From Octopus sinensis (lineage: Eukaryota): 64,000 bases of DNA. A program made the translations under genes and the position numbers. Positions 1 to 12,150 of this stretch are shown in pieces; positions within the stretch are counted from its first letter, which is position 1, and each line of letters opens with the position of its first letter. The stretch covers positions 107,880,001 to 107,944,000 of the forward strand of contig NC_042999.1 in assembly GCF_006345805.1 (NCBI RefSeq), written 5' to 3'. The notes under the pieces were generated by a model. That model worked only from the letters and a program-made list of their open reading frames with translations, was not told the origin of the DNA and ran no database searches.

Positions 1-294
1 TATGTGTTATTGTTACTATTAAAGGAAATTACTTTAATCTAAGAGATTTGAAGCAGCAGTCATCAAAAAGTTACATTGCAGTGATTTACTTTGTCTCAAT
101 CTCTTTTGTACAGGAAAAATATGTTAATGATAAACTACATGTTAATGTGAAGGAAAATCTTTTGTCAGATTTCAGGAAATATTCACAATTATTGAGAGTT
201 TGATTTATTATTATGGTTTTAGAAGGGAATACCACATTGAAAAAATATATATATAATTGAAAGAGGTGTGGTATAGTAGCAGTAGATTAGTTGT

Positions 295-341
295 ATTTGT
301 GTGTGTGTGTGAGTGCGTATATATATATGTATGTATATATG

Positions 342-384
<43 letters not shown>

Positions 385-947
385 GTATATATGTATGTAT
401 ATATATATATGTATATATGTATGTATATATATATATATGTATATATGTATGTATGTATGTATGTGTATATATGTATGTATGTATGTGTATATATGTATGT
501 ATATATATGTGTATGTATGTATATATATATGTGTATGTATGTATATATATATATGTGTATGTATATATATATATGTGTATGTATGTATATATGTATGTAT
601 GTATATATGTGTATGTATGTATATATGTGTATGTATGTATGTATATATATGTGTATGTATGTATGTATGTATATATATGTGTATATATGTATATATATAT
701 ATGTGTATATATGTATGTATATATATATATGTGTATATATGTATGTATATATATGTGTATATATGTATGTATATATATGTGTATATATATATATATGTGT
801 ATATATGTATGTATATATGTATGTATGTGTATATATGTATGTATATATGTATGTATATATATATATGTGTATATATGTATGTATATATGTATGTATGTGT
901 ATGTATATATATGTATGTATATGTATGTGTATATATGTATATATATA

Positions 948-1026
<79 letters not shown>

Positions 1027-1040
1027 GTGTGTGTGTATGA
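295..1040. repeat. Compound (TG)/(TA)/(TATG) microsatellite, about 740 bp
   Basis: Near-continuous purine-pyrimidine alternation built from TA and TG dinucleotides; explains the Y/I/H/M/V/C-rich ORFs at 211-1138. Confidence 0.97.
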
Positions 1041-2301
1041 ATTTAAACATGCCAGATATTGAAGCAGTTTGTGATAGAGAATTTAATAGATTAAAAAAAT
1101 TTTTATTTTGGTATTTTATTTTTTGGGATGTGACTTGATAATTTTGTGACCATTCTAAGATCCTTGGTATACAAGGAAGTTTGTATGGTGTACAAGCAAC
1201 AACCTACACTGGAAATAATACTGTATGGATCTATAACTGATAATGTGCTAGTTCACACATATATATCTCTGCATATATATAAATAGAGAGAAGTGTGTAT
1301 TTGTGTATCTACATTGATTATTATAAATCACTTATTAATTTTATTGAATTCTAATAATTAAGGAAAACAAAACAAAACAAAAAAAACAATATCTTGTATT
1401 TTTTAATGTATTTATTCAATTTTCTGTTTCATATAAATCTGTTTCAGAAATTCTCATTCTTTTAATATTGCCTTCTCTAAATTATAGTTAACTATAGTGT
1501 ACTTTCAGTTCTCCTTAGTTCTGACAATGCATCCTAATTATTATTATTATTTTTTTTACATAGTTGTAGCTGTGTTGATGTAATCTTTAAAGACAGTACC
1601 ACCTAACATATTTAGCAAGAATGGTAATTATATTTTTAATTGTTAACTGTTCATAAACAAAGGAATGGAATTGCAGGTCTGTTTCAAAGAAAACAGAATA
1701 ATGTTTGAAACTTGGCATTGTTAAATGTTGTGAGAATATTCAGTGTTCATTAAATTGTTGTGTTGAAGTAGATATGTAGAAAAATTGAGAGCCATTGATA
1801 TTTGCATGATATATCACTTGAAATGATAGATTAACAGTCATGGTGATATGAATATTGTCTTGTAGGTAGAAAATGATTGAAATGACTCCTTTGTATTTAG
1901 CATAACTATAGTTTGATAAATTCACATGGAGAAACAAAAGCCATTGGAAAAGAAGATAATCATAATCATCCAAATACAACAGGAATTTATTAATCCTTAC
2001 ACTTGATAATTATCAAAAGCTGAATACAGAGGAAATGGATGTCTAAGTGACAAATACTTTGGTGCTGCACACGAGAGTTTTATTGACTCTGAAGTTGATC
2101 GTATAAGCAAAATAGTTGGGAATTCTTGGATGAGATAAAATAAATTAAAAATGAGAAAAACACAGAACATGGGAAGTTATATTTATGCTATAATTGCTTC
2201 AAGGTATTTTTTTTATATATTAAAATCTGTGATTAATCTGATGTAAACTTTTGCAAATGCATTTTTATGCATCACTTTTGTTGCTAAATATTTTTTATAC
2301 A

Positions 2302-2682
2302 CCTGGTGTAGTTCAGTGGTCAGAAGTTTGCTTCTCAATCACATGGTTCTGGGTTCAATTCCACTGTGTGGGCACCTGGGGTGTTTCTTTTTAATGTAAC
2401 TTTGGACTGACCAAAGCTTTGTGAATGGATTTGGTAGACTGAAATTGAAGGAAGCTCACTATGTGTGTGTGTGTGTGTGTATGTACATGCACGTGACCTC
2501 ATCACTTGACAACCAGTGTTAGTTTGCTTATTTCCTTGTAACTTAGCATTTTGATATCAGAGATTGATAGAATAAGTATCAAGCTCTTAAAAATATATGT
2601 ACTAGTCTTGAACACTTAACTAAAACTCTTCGAGTTGATACCCCAGCATGGCCGTAGTCCAATGACTGAAATAAGTGAAAGG
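2302..2682 (+). mobile_element. SINE family A (tRNA-like head), degenerate copy
   Basis: Head with A/B-box-like motifs, ggatttggtagac core, (TG)n linker and ccagcatggccgtagtccaatgactgaa tail shared with other A copies. Confidence 0.75.
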
Positions 2683-4404
2683 TGATTATCAGTTAATAAA
2701 AATATATTAAAAATGATAAGAGCAACTAACTTGATGATTCAGACCCTGGAGATGATTCAATATTCAATAACAACTCATAAATGAAGCATCAACATTTAGG
2801 GATTAATATATCATTCTTTTAAGGAACATTTATAAAAATTCTCCATCATATCGTGACACATCTTTGGCTTTATAACATAAACTTAATGGGGTTAACTTTC
2901 ACTGAAAGATGTCTTGATGCAAACATATTTGTATGACATGATTGTAAACTACAAAATAGATTTGAAACAGAATAAAGGAGAAGGAGAATATGAATGATTT
3001 ATGATTCACTCATAGATCAAATTCCATTGAGGAGTGACATAAATTAGTCTCACTCATGGAAATATGTTTTCAAAGAATTCATACAATTCTGGAACTGGAC
3101 ATCATAGAGGTGGAAGTCAACTCATGATGATGAAAGACTACTTCATAAACTCAGTAAATTCATAGAAACATTTCAAGAGTCCGAAAAGTTCCTGTGCGTG
3201 CATTTGTTTTGAGTGGATAAAGTGTTGCATAGCACTGAACTCACTTTTCAATGCAATCAGCTATAAAACGAGTGGAAGAACTGAGATGAAGATGATCAGA
3301 AACCAACTGCACTTTAGGATTTTTTATATGAATTTACCTTTTCCTTGAAAGGAGTTCTACTTAGAACTAGAACTAACATTCTAGTTAGGGTCCCATAGCT
3401 GGGACCTTAACAGGTGCTACTACTCCAAGTCAGAGTAGACCTAGGGAACAATTGTGGCTAAACCCTGGAACTCAAGTTTTACCCTGGACATGGACATCAT
3501 AGTGGGGTGTGTTTATTTGCCACTAAAAACTGGATTACATATACTCCTATCAAATTACGAACAGGGTAAAATGCTTTATACTAGGCGATCTTAAGATAGA
3601 TACTAAAACAAGAAATTGTTGCTCAAAAGCATGTACGGTGTGGTAACATGTAGCATGCTGTCACTAATTATTTTGCTACCTATGTTAATCACAGGCAAAT
3701 GAAGATACCCTCTCACACCTGTCATCTTACAGAACATTTAGTATGCAATAGTAAGAGTAAGATGAAATGCCTCGCTCAAGGACATAGTGTAGCATGTCAC
3801 CTGGTCTGAGCCCAACATCTTAACTGCTCAGCTACATTTTAATGGCTAAATTGACTGTTTTTTAAACTTATGATAAAGGTTTCAAACTTTGGCACAAAGC
3901 CAGCAATTTGTACTGAATGATACAGTTTACTGAATTAATTCTAGTACATGGCTGAATAATTTTTTTTTATTCGAAAGGTGATGTCAATCCTGGTAAGTCT
4001 GGAACTCAGAATGTAGGAACTAAAGCAGTAAAAGACAATTAGTCCCGTATTGTACTATTTTGGGAGTCTACTACCTTCTTCACTTTATATTATATCATTG
4101 AAAAATTTTGTTGCAAACACTGCAAAACACACAGTTAGCTTCTGGGAGATTAGAACTGTTAATATGGTTTCAATCTACCTATACTGATTATTACTTAAGG
4201 AAAGACATGGATGCTACAATACCTTATATCCTCACCCTTAGCAATTGTCCTTAACAGAAAGATCTCTGTATTGAAAAATTATAAATATGTTGTGTATGGG
4301 AAACTCTTGGATAAATCTTGTTACCACTGCCTCAGTTTTACACTTTTTAGCTAATTAAAAAGTTAAGAATATAAGACACATTCATTCATAATAAGGAAAA
4401 GCAT

Positions 4405-4658
4405 GCATACATTATTTACATTTGACAGATACTTGTCCTCGTCTTGTTTGTTGTTCACACAACATTTTGGCTGATATACCCTCCAGCCTTCATTGGGTGT
4501 CTTGGGGAAATTTTGAACCTAGGCTCTCATTCCTAAGGTATTTTTCAATGTTATTATTATTATTATTATTAATTATTATTATTCAGGTCACTGCTTGGAA
4601 TCGAACATGGAATCTTAGGGGTTAGTAGTCCATGCTCTTAACCACTATGCCATATGCA
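4405..4658 (-). mobile_element. SINE family F copy 1 (tRNA-like head, (AAT)n, hammerhead-bearing tail)
   Basis: Reverse complement aligns end to end with 57968-58238. Confidence 0.85.
4456..4501 (-). ncRNA. Decayed type I hammerhead ribozyme motif
   Basis: Minus strand reads GACAC CCAAUGA A GGCUG-GAGGGUAUAU-CAGCC AAA AUGU U GUGUG; stems I and II pair, core mutated. Confidence 0.6.
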
Positions 4659-4661
4659 CTA

Positions 4662-4868
4662 ACCTGAATATTAATAAACAGCAATAATAATATCAAAAAA
4701 TACCTTAGGAATGAGAACCCAGGTTTGAAATTTCCCCAAGATACCTAATGAAGGCTGGTGGGTATATCAGCCGAAACGTTATGTTAACAACAAACAAGAT
4801 GAGGACAAATATCTGTCAAATGTAAATAATGTATAAAATTCCTCATCTCTTAAATATAGATCTGTATT
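4662..4868 (+). mobile_element. SINE family F copy 2 (headless, inverted against copy 1)
   Basis: Starts at acctgaata right next to the head of copy 1; matches 58038-58238. Confidence 0.85.
4740..4785 (+). ncRNA. Type I hammerhead ribozyme motif with G5A change
   Basis: GAUAC CUAAUGA A GGCUG-GUGGGUAUAU-CAGCC GAA ACGU U AUGUU; perfect 5-bp stem II, palindromic stem III ACGU. Confidence 0.7.
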
Positions 4869-6700
4869 AAAGGCATGCATGTCACAAATATTTCATACCC
4901 CTTCTCTTAAAGTGGTAAGTTTTTACTGTTAGTCAAAAGTCACTGATACTGAAAAATTACTTTTGATTTATAGACATCTAATCATGTATGAGAATCACTT
5001 AACTAAAACTTGTTATTACTGCATCTCTTGTAAAGTTTCTAGTTAAAATCAAATTAAACATTGTAAGACATGATGAGTTATAGTTAGTTGCAGAAATACA
5101 TGAATCATTAATATGCTATGTAATCAATATACATGAATATATTCGTAGTCTTTTGTATTTGTTTTAAGGTTAATTTAATTTCTATAATTTTGTGCTCTTT
5201 CATTATCTTAGCTTTTTATCTTTAGTTTTAAAAAACGATTTCAGTAAGTAATTATTATTATCCAATCTTGGCAATGATTTTCTGTGTGATATTTGGAATA
5301 TTAAAAAATAAGAATTAATTAATTTTATCCTAAATATATGTAGTTTTCTTTTGTTGTCATTTTCCTGAAAAAGAAAACAAAAGTAAAATTAATTGAATGT
5401 ATTCTTTAATATTTTTTGTGTTGTATGTTGTAGGCAAGTTCGTGTATTTAAGTATAAATAAAGATTTCACTTTCTCTTTTTGTTAAAATTTCTTTCTATC
5501 ACTGTTTAAAATTATTTTGTGTGAAAGTTTTACAATTTTTATTCTAGAAATATAAACTAGACTATTAGATAGTCTCCTTTTACACTTAAAGAAAAAAAAT
5601 CTAAATTTCATTTCCTGAATATTTCTTCATTGTTTTTAGTTTTTAATTCTCTTTTATATTAATGTCCAACTGCTAGAGGAGTCATGAATTTCCAGTATAC
5701 TTCATGAATAATTCTTAATATTACAGAAAAAATATCACACTAGTTTTTTTTGTTTCATTGTTTGACTATTGATATTAGTTCTAATAGCATGATTATTTTC
5801 ATATCGGTTTGCTGTATTTTCTGTAAGTTTCTACTTATACCACCTCTTCCCTCTAGAAAAAAAAAGCTTGAAGCAAATGTGTTCACAGATTGTAAGATCT
5901 TTTACTGACTGATGATAGATGAAGGCAGATATTGTTAGCATCAATTTATATGTAAACTGAAGGAAGAATGAAATATGTATGTTATCATTTTTTATTGGCT
6001 TACATAATGTAAAGCCACCTGGTAGATTTTTATCTTCTGGTTTCAAGCAGTTACAGATTGTGAAGTTGGTTGTCAGCCAGATTTTTATGTCTAGCAAACA
6101 CACCATAGTATAAACATAGCTTACATGAAACATAAAATGTATCTGTAGTTTGTAATGAACACTAAATCCAACTGGTGTTTGTGCTGGTGTAAAAGCAAAG
6201 CGTCGAGAAATACATTTAAAAGTAGATCATGGACGATGAATCTTGTCTGTCATTTAAAATTGTTATGCAGTATTAATAAAATTGATCACTATCATTTATT
6301 GAGGAATTTGAATGAGTTTAGCTAAACTGAGTTTGAAACACCCGTACTGCAAAGAAAACTAAGACCACAATTTAAAAAGAAAAAACTTTCCAGACTTGCA
6401 GTACAGATGTGCATACAAATGTCTACATTCCATGGTAAATGTAGCAAATACAATAAGAAAGAAGGCTTCAAAAATATGTAACATTTTTTAACAGTTCAAT
6501 TAGAGGTTAAATAAACTTCATTAAGGGATAAAAATATCCAATGAATTTACTTGTTTCTTACCTGCTATTTATTTTGAATATTAGTTTTAATAGTTAAAAA
6601 TAGGTAATTAAATACACTGAGGTTTATATTTATTTAAGAAAAATAAGAAAATAGAGATAATTCAGTTAATAATTATATTCATTACAAGAATAGACATAAT

Positions 6701-6780
6701 CCCTGACAGCTGTTTCGATTCAGACTATAAAAATTAATTAAAATAATTAAATCATTATAAAGTTGAATCTCATTGGAGGT
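6701..6780 (-). ncRNA. Type I hammerhead ribozyme motif (Penelope-like), independent family
   Basis: Minus strand reads ACCU CCAAUGA GAUUCA...UGAAUC GAA ACAGCUGU C AGGG; 6-bp stem II, palindromic stem III, GUC triplet. Confidence 0.7.
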
Positions 6781-6986
6781 AGAAAAAAGATATACCATTA
6801 CATTTTTATGTTTATGTGTTGAGTGTATGGAGTATTTTGGTTAACTGAGTATTGTTTTATAGAAAAATTTGGTATAGACCTTATAAAGCAGGGAAATGTA
6901 TTATATTTAGAGAAGTAAACATAGAAAATAATAGAATATGCTTTTGGTAAGCATTAAAAGTATAAAGAAAAGTAATATATAGTAAT

Positions 6987-7292
6987 TGGGGGCGCAATGG
7001 CTCAGTGATTAGGGCAGCAGACTCGCGGTCGGAGGATTGCGGTTTTAATTCCCAGACTGGGCGTTGTGTGTGTTTATTGAGCGTAAACATCTAAAAGCCC
7101 CATGAGGCTCCGGCAGGGGCTGGTGGTGACCCCTATTGTACTCTTTCGCCACAACTTTCTCTCACTCTCTCTTCCTGTTTCTTAAGTAATGCTGCAATGG
7201 ACTTATGTCCCGTCCAGCTGGGGGAACACATACGCCACAGAAACCAGGAAACCAGGCCCATGAGCCTGGCTAGGCTTGAAAAGGGCGATGAA
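6987..7292 (+). mobile_element. SINE family E (tRNA-like head, V-domain-like gcaatggactt...cccgtccag motif)
   Basis: A-box tggctcagtgattag, B-box-like ggttttaattcc; 3' end matches the inverted fragment at about 55860-55930. Confidence 0.7.
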
Positions 7293-8089
7293 TATAAAGT
7301 AATTAACCATATATTTAAGTATCAAATTAATATAAGGGAAAAATATGTTTATAAAAATTTGAGCAATATAATATATTCTGGGTAATTATATTAATCATTT
7401 TAATTATGTATTTTGGGTAATCATTTTTAATAGACACTATGCAAGATTCATAGATGTCTTTGTTTATTTCAAACAACTTTTAAAGAATTGAGTAAAGCAG
7501 TTTAGACTTACTATAGATTTATTTTTGTGCAGCCATCTTTAGTTACTGTCTATTCAATATTGTATAATTTCTTTGTCCAACTTATATTGTAGAGAAGAAT
7601 GAATGAGCTGACCTGCTATGATTATATCATCTTACATAATGTTTCATTCTTCTTTTTTTTCTTTTCTTTTTAAGAAATGAATTGGTTTGAATAGATTTGG
7701 TGGCGGATTTTTCTAGTAGATTGAACAACCACATTGAAGCTTTCTTGTCATGTTAATTTATGTATGTGTATCCTGAAAGTGTGCAAAGTAAACAGTTTTC
7801 CGTAATAAAATGGTAGGATAATTTTAGAATGTCAAAATTAAAGACTCTAAAATAACTCTTGTAAATTAGCTGATGCATATGTTCTATTATAGTTTTGTTG
7901 TTGTAGAAGAAACGGAGAATTGTAATCAGATATCCTTATATTTAAGTTTACTTTCCTTATAAGTCAGTTTCGAAATGTATGTTAATGGTGAAGTTTTAAA
8001 ATTACAAATGATAAGTCAGTTGCTTCCTCAGATAATTATACTTCCACAAACATTGTCTAAATACACTTTTGTAGCAGTATGTTTTTTTA

Positions 8090-8545
8090 TCTTTTACACT
8101 GCAGCCATGCTGGGGAACTGCCTTAAAGAATTTTAGTCGAACTTATCAAACCTTGATACTGATCATACTTTTGTGAAGTCTCGTACTTATTTCATTGGTC
8201 TTTTTTGTCAAATTGCTAAGTTACGAGGACATAGACAAACTGCCACCAGTTGTGAAGCAGTGGGGCAAAACAGTATGCATATTCATAAATATGCGCTGGT
8301 GCCATGTAAAAAGCATCCAATCCACACAGTGAAATGGTTGGCATTTGGAAGGGCATCCAGCTGTAAAATCCATGCCAAAACTGAGCTTGTCTGTGCTAGA
8401 GCCATGTAAGAAGCACTCGGTCCACTCTATGAGGTGGTTGGTGTTAAGAAGGGCATCCAGCCATAAAAACCATGCCAAAACAGAGACAGTAGCCTGGTAC
8501 AGTTTTCTGCCTTGCTGACTCCTGTCAAATTTTTCAACTCATGAT
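8090..8545. mobile_element. Adjacent SINE A 3' fragment (minus) and family C-related tail fragments (plus)
   Basis: cagccatgctggg...ttgctaagttacg; repeated gggcatccagctgtaaaa/ccatgccaaaac motif. Confidence 0.6.
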
Positions 8546-9554
8546 AATATTATATATATATATATATATGTATTATATATATATGTATACACTTGATGGT
8601 TCCACACAGTATTGATTAACTAAATTCACTCACATTTGGCCCCTAGACCCAAGGGGTCCATTACAACTTCCCAGCGTGCCAGTGCTTTAAGACAGAACTG
8701 ACTTTAAGTACTGAATCTAAGAGGATAAATTTTGAAAAGGTTTATTTTTTTAGCAGAACTGTCCTTGAATTAAAGACTAATTGCGCATCAAAAGTTATTG
8801 GAAAGATATTTTTAAAAAGCTTCAGAAATTGTTAACTCAGAATGATATTTGTTATGAAAAATAATATTAGAATCTGAGGAGACAAAGTGTTGCTCCAGTA
8901 TGCATAAAGTGAGCAGTTTGGTTGTAAGGAACATTTAATTGTAACATTTTGTCCTGAGACTTACGCAAGAGAAGAATATGCAAGAAGGTTACAAAAGTGA
9001 CAGCTTTTTGACCTTATCTCTTTCCCCTTCATTTCAAGTTCCTTTTTTGTGTAAATCTTTAAAACTTTCTACTTAAAGACTATATATATATATGATTTTT
9101 CTATGCACAGACTTAGCTGAAACATTAGAATTTCTTTAGCATTGTAAACCAACAAGCTTCATTTTATATCCTTTCTTTGTTATGGGGTTTTATTTCATTT
9201 TCTCTGATAGAATAAATAAGTTTGTAAATGAATAAATAAATAAATAAAGTGCTGCCACCTTATTTTTCAGTTTGGCTTGTGCCAAATTTCAAAAATGTTA
9301 AGAAGACAATGAAAATGAAAGGGAATTGAAATTGCATTGAAAACAACTTTCTGGCAGTATGCCAATATTCTAAACCACAAATACTCTTTCTAATTGAAGG
9401 TACATATATTAGAAAACAGAAACTTTGGTTAGAAATTTTGATTAGGAATGGCTATCCTTTTAACTTTAGAAATTAATACTACATTATTCTAAGCTTTTTA
9501 ATGCTCTTTACATAATTAGTGATGCTAGCAGCATATAATAATAATAATCACTTT

Positions 9555-9772
9555 TAGCAGAGGTACAAGGCTAAAAACTTGTAGGGAGGGTTTAGGTGAT
9601 TATAATCTCCACCTTCACCTAATACTTGACTTGTATTTTATTTTATTGACTCTGAAAAGATAAAAAGCAAAGTTGACCTTGCCAGGATTTAAACTCTAAA
9701 TGTAAAGAACCAGAACAAATATCACAAGCCATTTTCTTTGGTATTGAAATGATTCTGCCAATTCATTACCTT
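9555..9772 (-). mobile_element. SINE family B, degenerate
   Basis: aaagcaaagttgaccttgccaggatttaaactc matches the B core aaggcaaagtcgacctcggcggaatttgaactc. Confidence 0.6.
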
Positions 9773-10560
9773 AATAACTGCATAAAATGCTGCTTTACAT
9801 GCGAAATGCTTTACTCTTTATTAATAAGGTGTATTGTGCAGCATTATTGACGTTAAATCTTAGTGGAAAAAAATCATTGTTTTGTGTAAAGTTCTGTTAT
9901 TGACATAGCCTAAATCAATGTTTTGCATGAATTTAATCTTAACTCTGTGTCTGGAATCTATTATTTGAATATGTTCAGAGGGAGCATCTGCCTATGTTAA
10001 ATACTGAAGAATTTCAATGGTAATTACATACATCCATACAACATTTAAACCCTTTAGGGCTTTCAGAACTTCCTATACAAGCAAGTAAAACTATTCATGC
10101 TAACAGGATCAAATAACAGGTCGATGGAAACAAAGTATCATTAAAGCTATATAAAATTTTTTTTTTTTAAAAACCCCAAAAAACACCTTATTAAGTCTTC
10201 ATCTCACAAACATACCACTATACTTTCTTAACATACTTGAAAGATTCATGTTTGATGTTAAAGGCTTCCACATCCCTCTTTTTCTCCAACAAAGCTTTCA
10301 AACATTTCCCTTAATAACTGCAAAGCTTTGTCATTTTTATTGAACAGTTTCAGCAATCCATCATGACTTTAACACTGAAACAGACAAGACACAAGATTGT
10401 GGAGATCCTTTTTGATAAAAAAATCTAAAATTGTAAACATCACTTGCAGCTCTTTGTTATGATAGACATAAATATATAATTATCTTTTCTACTCTAGGCA
10501 CAAGGCTCCAAAAGGAGGGAGCTAGTCGATTAGATCGACCCCAATACGCAACTGGTACTT

Positions 10561-12150
10561 AGTTAGTTAGTTAGTTAATTTGGCTCAAAAGCAAATAGCA
10601 AGGCCATGTAGGGGGACATGGAGTTAAGTACAGGGTGGTGTTCATGTAAAGAGTTCAGGCCACTTGAGGTCCAGGGAGGCTTTGAACAAAGCGGTCGTCG
10701 GCATCTTCACCATCTCGTCTGGCAGCTTGTTCCACGGATCCGCAACCCGGACGGAGAAAGCTCCTCTCCTTCGATTGAGATGAAATCGTCGCAGGTAGAG
10801 CTTTTCGGAATGACCCCGCAGCCGACGCTTTGGAGCAGGAGTGAAGAACAGCTCTTTCGAGAGGTTACACTTTCCGCTTATGATGTTGTGGGCGAGAATG
10901 AGATCACCACGGCGGCGGCGTTTTTCAAGAGAATAAAGGTCGAGCGTCCTCAGCCTTTCTTCGTAGGACAAATTTTTGAGACCATGAACCATGCGGGTAG
11001 CCAGCTTCTGGACTCTTTCGAGATGCTGTATGTCTTTGAGGAGATAAGGAGAAGAGGCTTGAATCCCAGACTCCAATATGGGTCTCACCAGCGTGACATA
11101 GAGTGGTAGGAATATGGCTGCTGTGAGCATTCCGAATGACCGTCGAATCAAGAACAGAATTCCGCGTGCTTTGTTGGCAGCATGGACGCACTGGGCCGAA
11201 GGCAAAAAGGAGGAATCCACCAAGATACCCAGGTCCTTTACCTGATCGGTCCTCTCCAGCAGCAGACGACCCGGCTCGAAATCAAGTTGAGTTGCAGGAG
11301 TAGAGCCAACAGGCAGATGACAGCACTTTGACACGTTCAGACACAGGTCCCAATCGTTAGACCACTTCCAAATTTGGTGGAGGCATCGACGAAGATCCTC
11401 TATATTACCGCGAGGAGTGACCAGTTTGATATCGTCGGCAAATAGAAGGGTGTGTTGCATGAGGTCGTCAGGCAAGTCATTTATGAAGACTAAGAACAAC
11501 AAGGGCCCAAGCACTGAACCTTGAGGCACGCCACTGCTCGCACTGGAGACGTCGGACCGCGAACCATTAACTTGGACTTGGAAGGAGCGATCTGAGAGGA
11601 AGGCACCAACCCATCGTACAATATCCGGATGGAAACTATATGCTTGAAGCTTGACAAGTAATAGGCGGTGGTTTACCGAGTCAAAAGCTTTGGCAAAGTC
11701 CAATAAAACGATGTCAACAGCATCACTATCATCGAGGATGCGCGTCACCAATTCTTCCATTACTAGTAAGTTGGTCAAGCATGATCTCTTCGGCACGAAG
11801 CTGTGTTGGGAATCAGAGATAGAGGCTGTGTTTAGGAGGTGGAGCATCATACTTTTCTTAAGGATGGTTTCGAACATCTTGCTGATTATTGATGTAAGGG
11901 AAACCGGTCGGTAGTTAAGTGGGTCTTCGTGGCTCCCTTTCTTGAAAATTGGGCAGATTATTGCTGTTCTCCAGTCTGCAGGTATAACACCCGTCGCCAA
12001 TGACATATTGAATAGTTGTGTTAAGGGCTCGCAGATGACCGGAGCCAAAGCTTTGATAACCCGCGGGTGTATGCCGTCAGGGCCGTGACCCTTGTTGACA
12101 TCGAGGCCTTGAATAACACGTTTGACTTCGTCCCGCGTGATGACCAAACT
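10561..12150 (-). mobile_element. 5'-truncated CR1-clade LINE with short 3' UTR and (TAAC)n tail
   Basis: GC- and CpG-rich block containing the RT ORF; 3' UTR 10561-10641 ends in aattaactaactaactaact on the minus strand. Confidence 0.95.

Noticed and set aside
211-1138. Five long ORFs of 249-293 aa
   Set aside because: They are translations of the TA/TG microsatellite, which cannot encode stops in most frames.
1900-3320. Stretches that read like decayed coding sequence (about 1910-2200 and 2800-3320)
   Set aside because: All frames are broken by stops and I could not assign any protein family; tBLASTx would be needed.
9979-10019. Candidate 41-nt exon (REHLPMLNTEEFQ), AG...GTAATT
   Set aside because: Weak polypyrimidine tract, unrecognised peptide, and no partner exons could be chained.
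10618-11914. ORFs 10618-11109, 10925-11191 and 11651-11914
   Set aside because: Antisense or alternative-frame shadows of the GC-rich LINE RT ORF, with no domain motifs.
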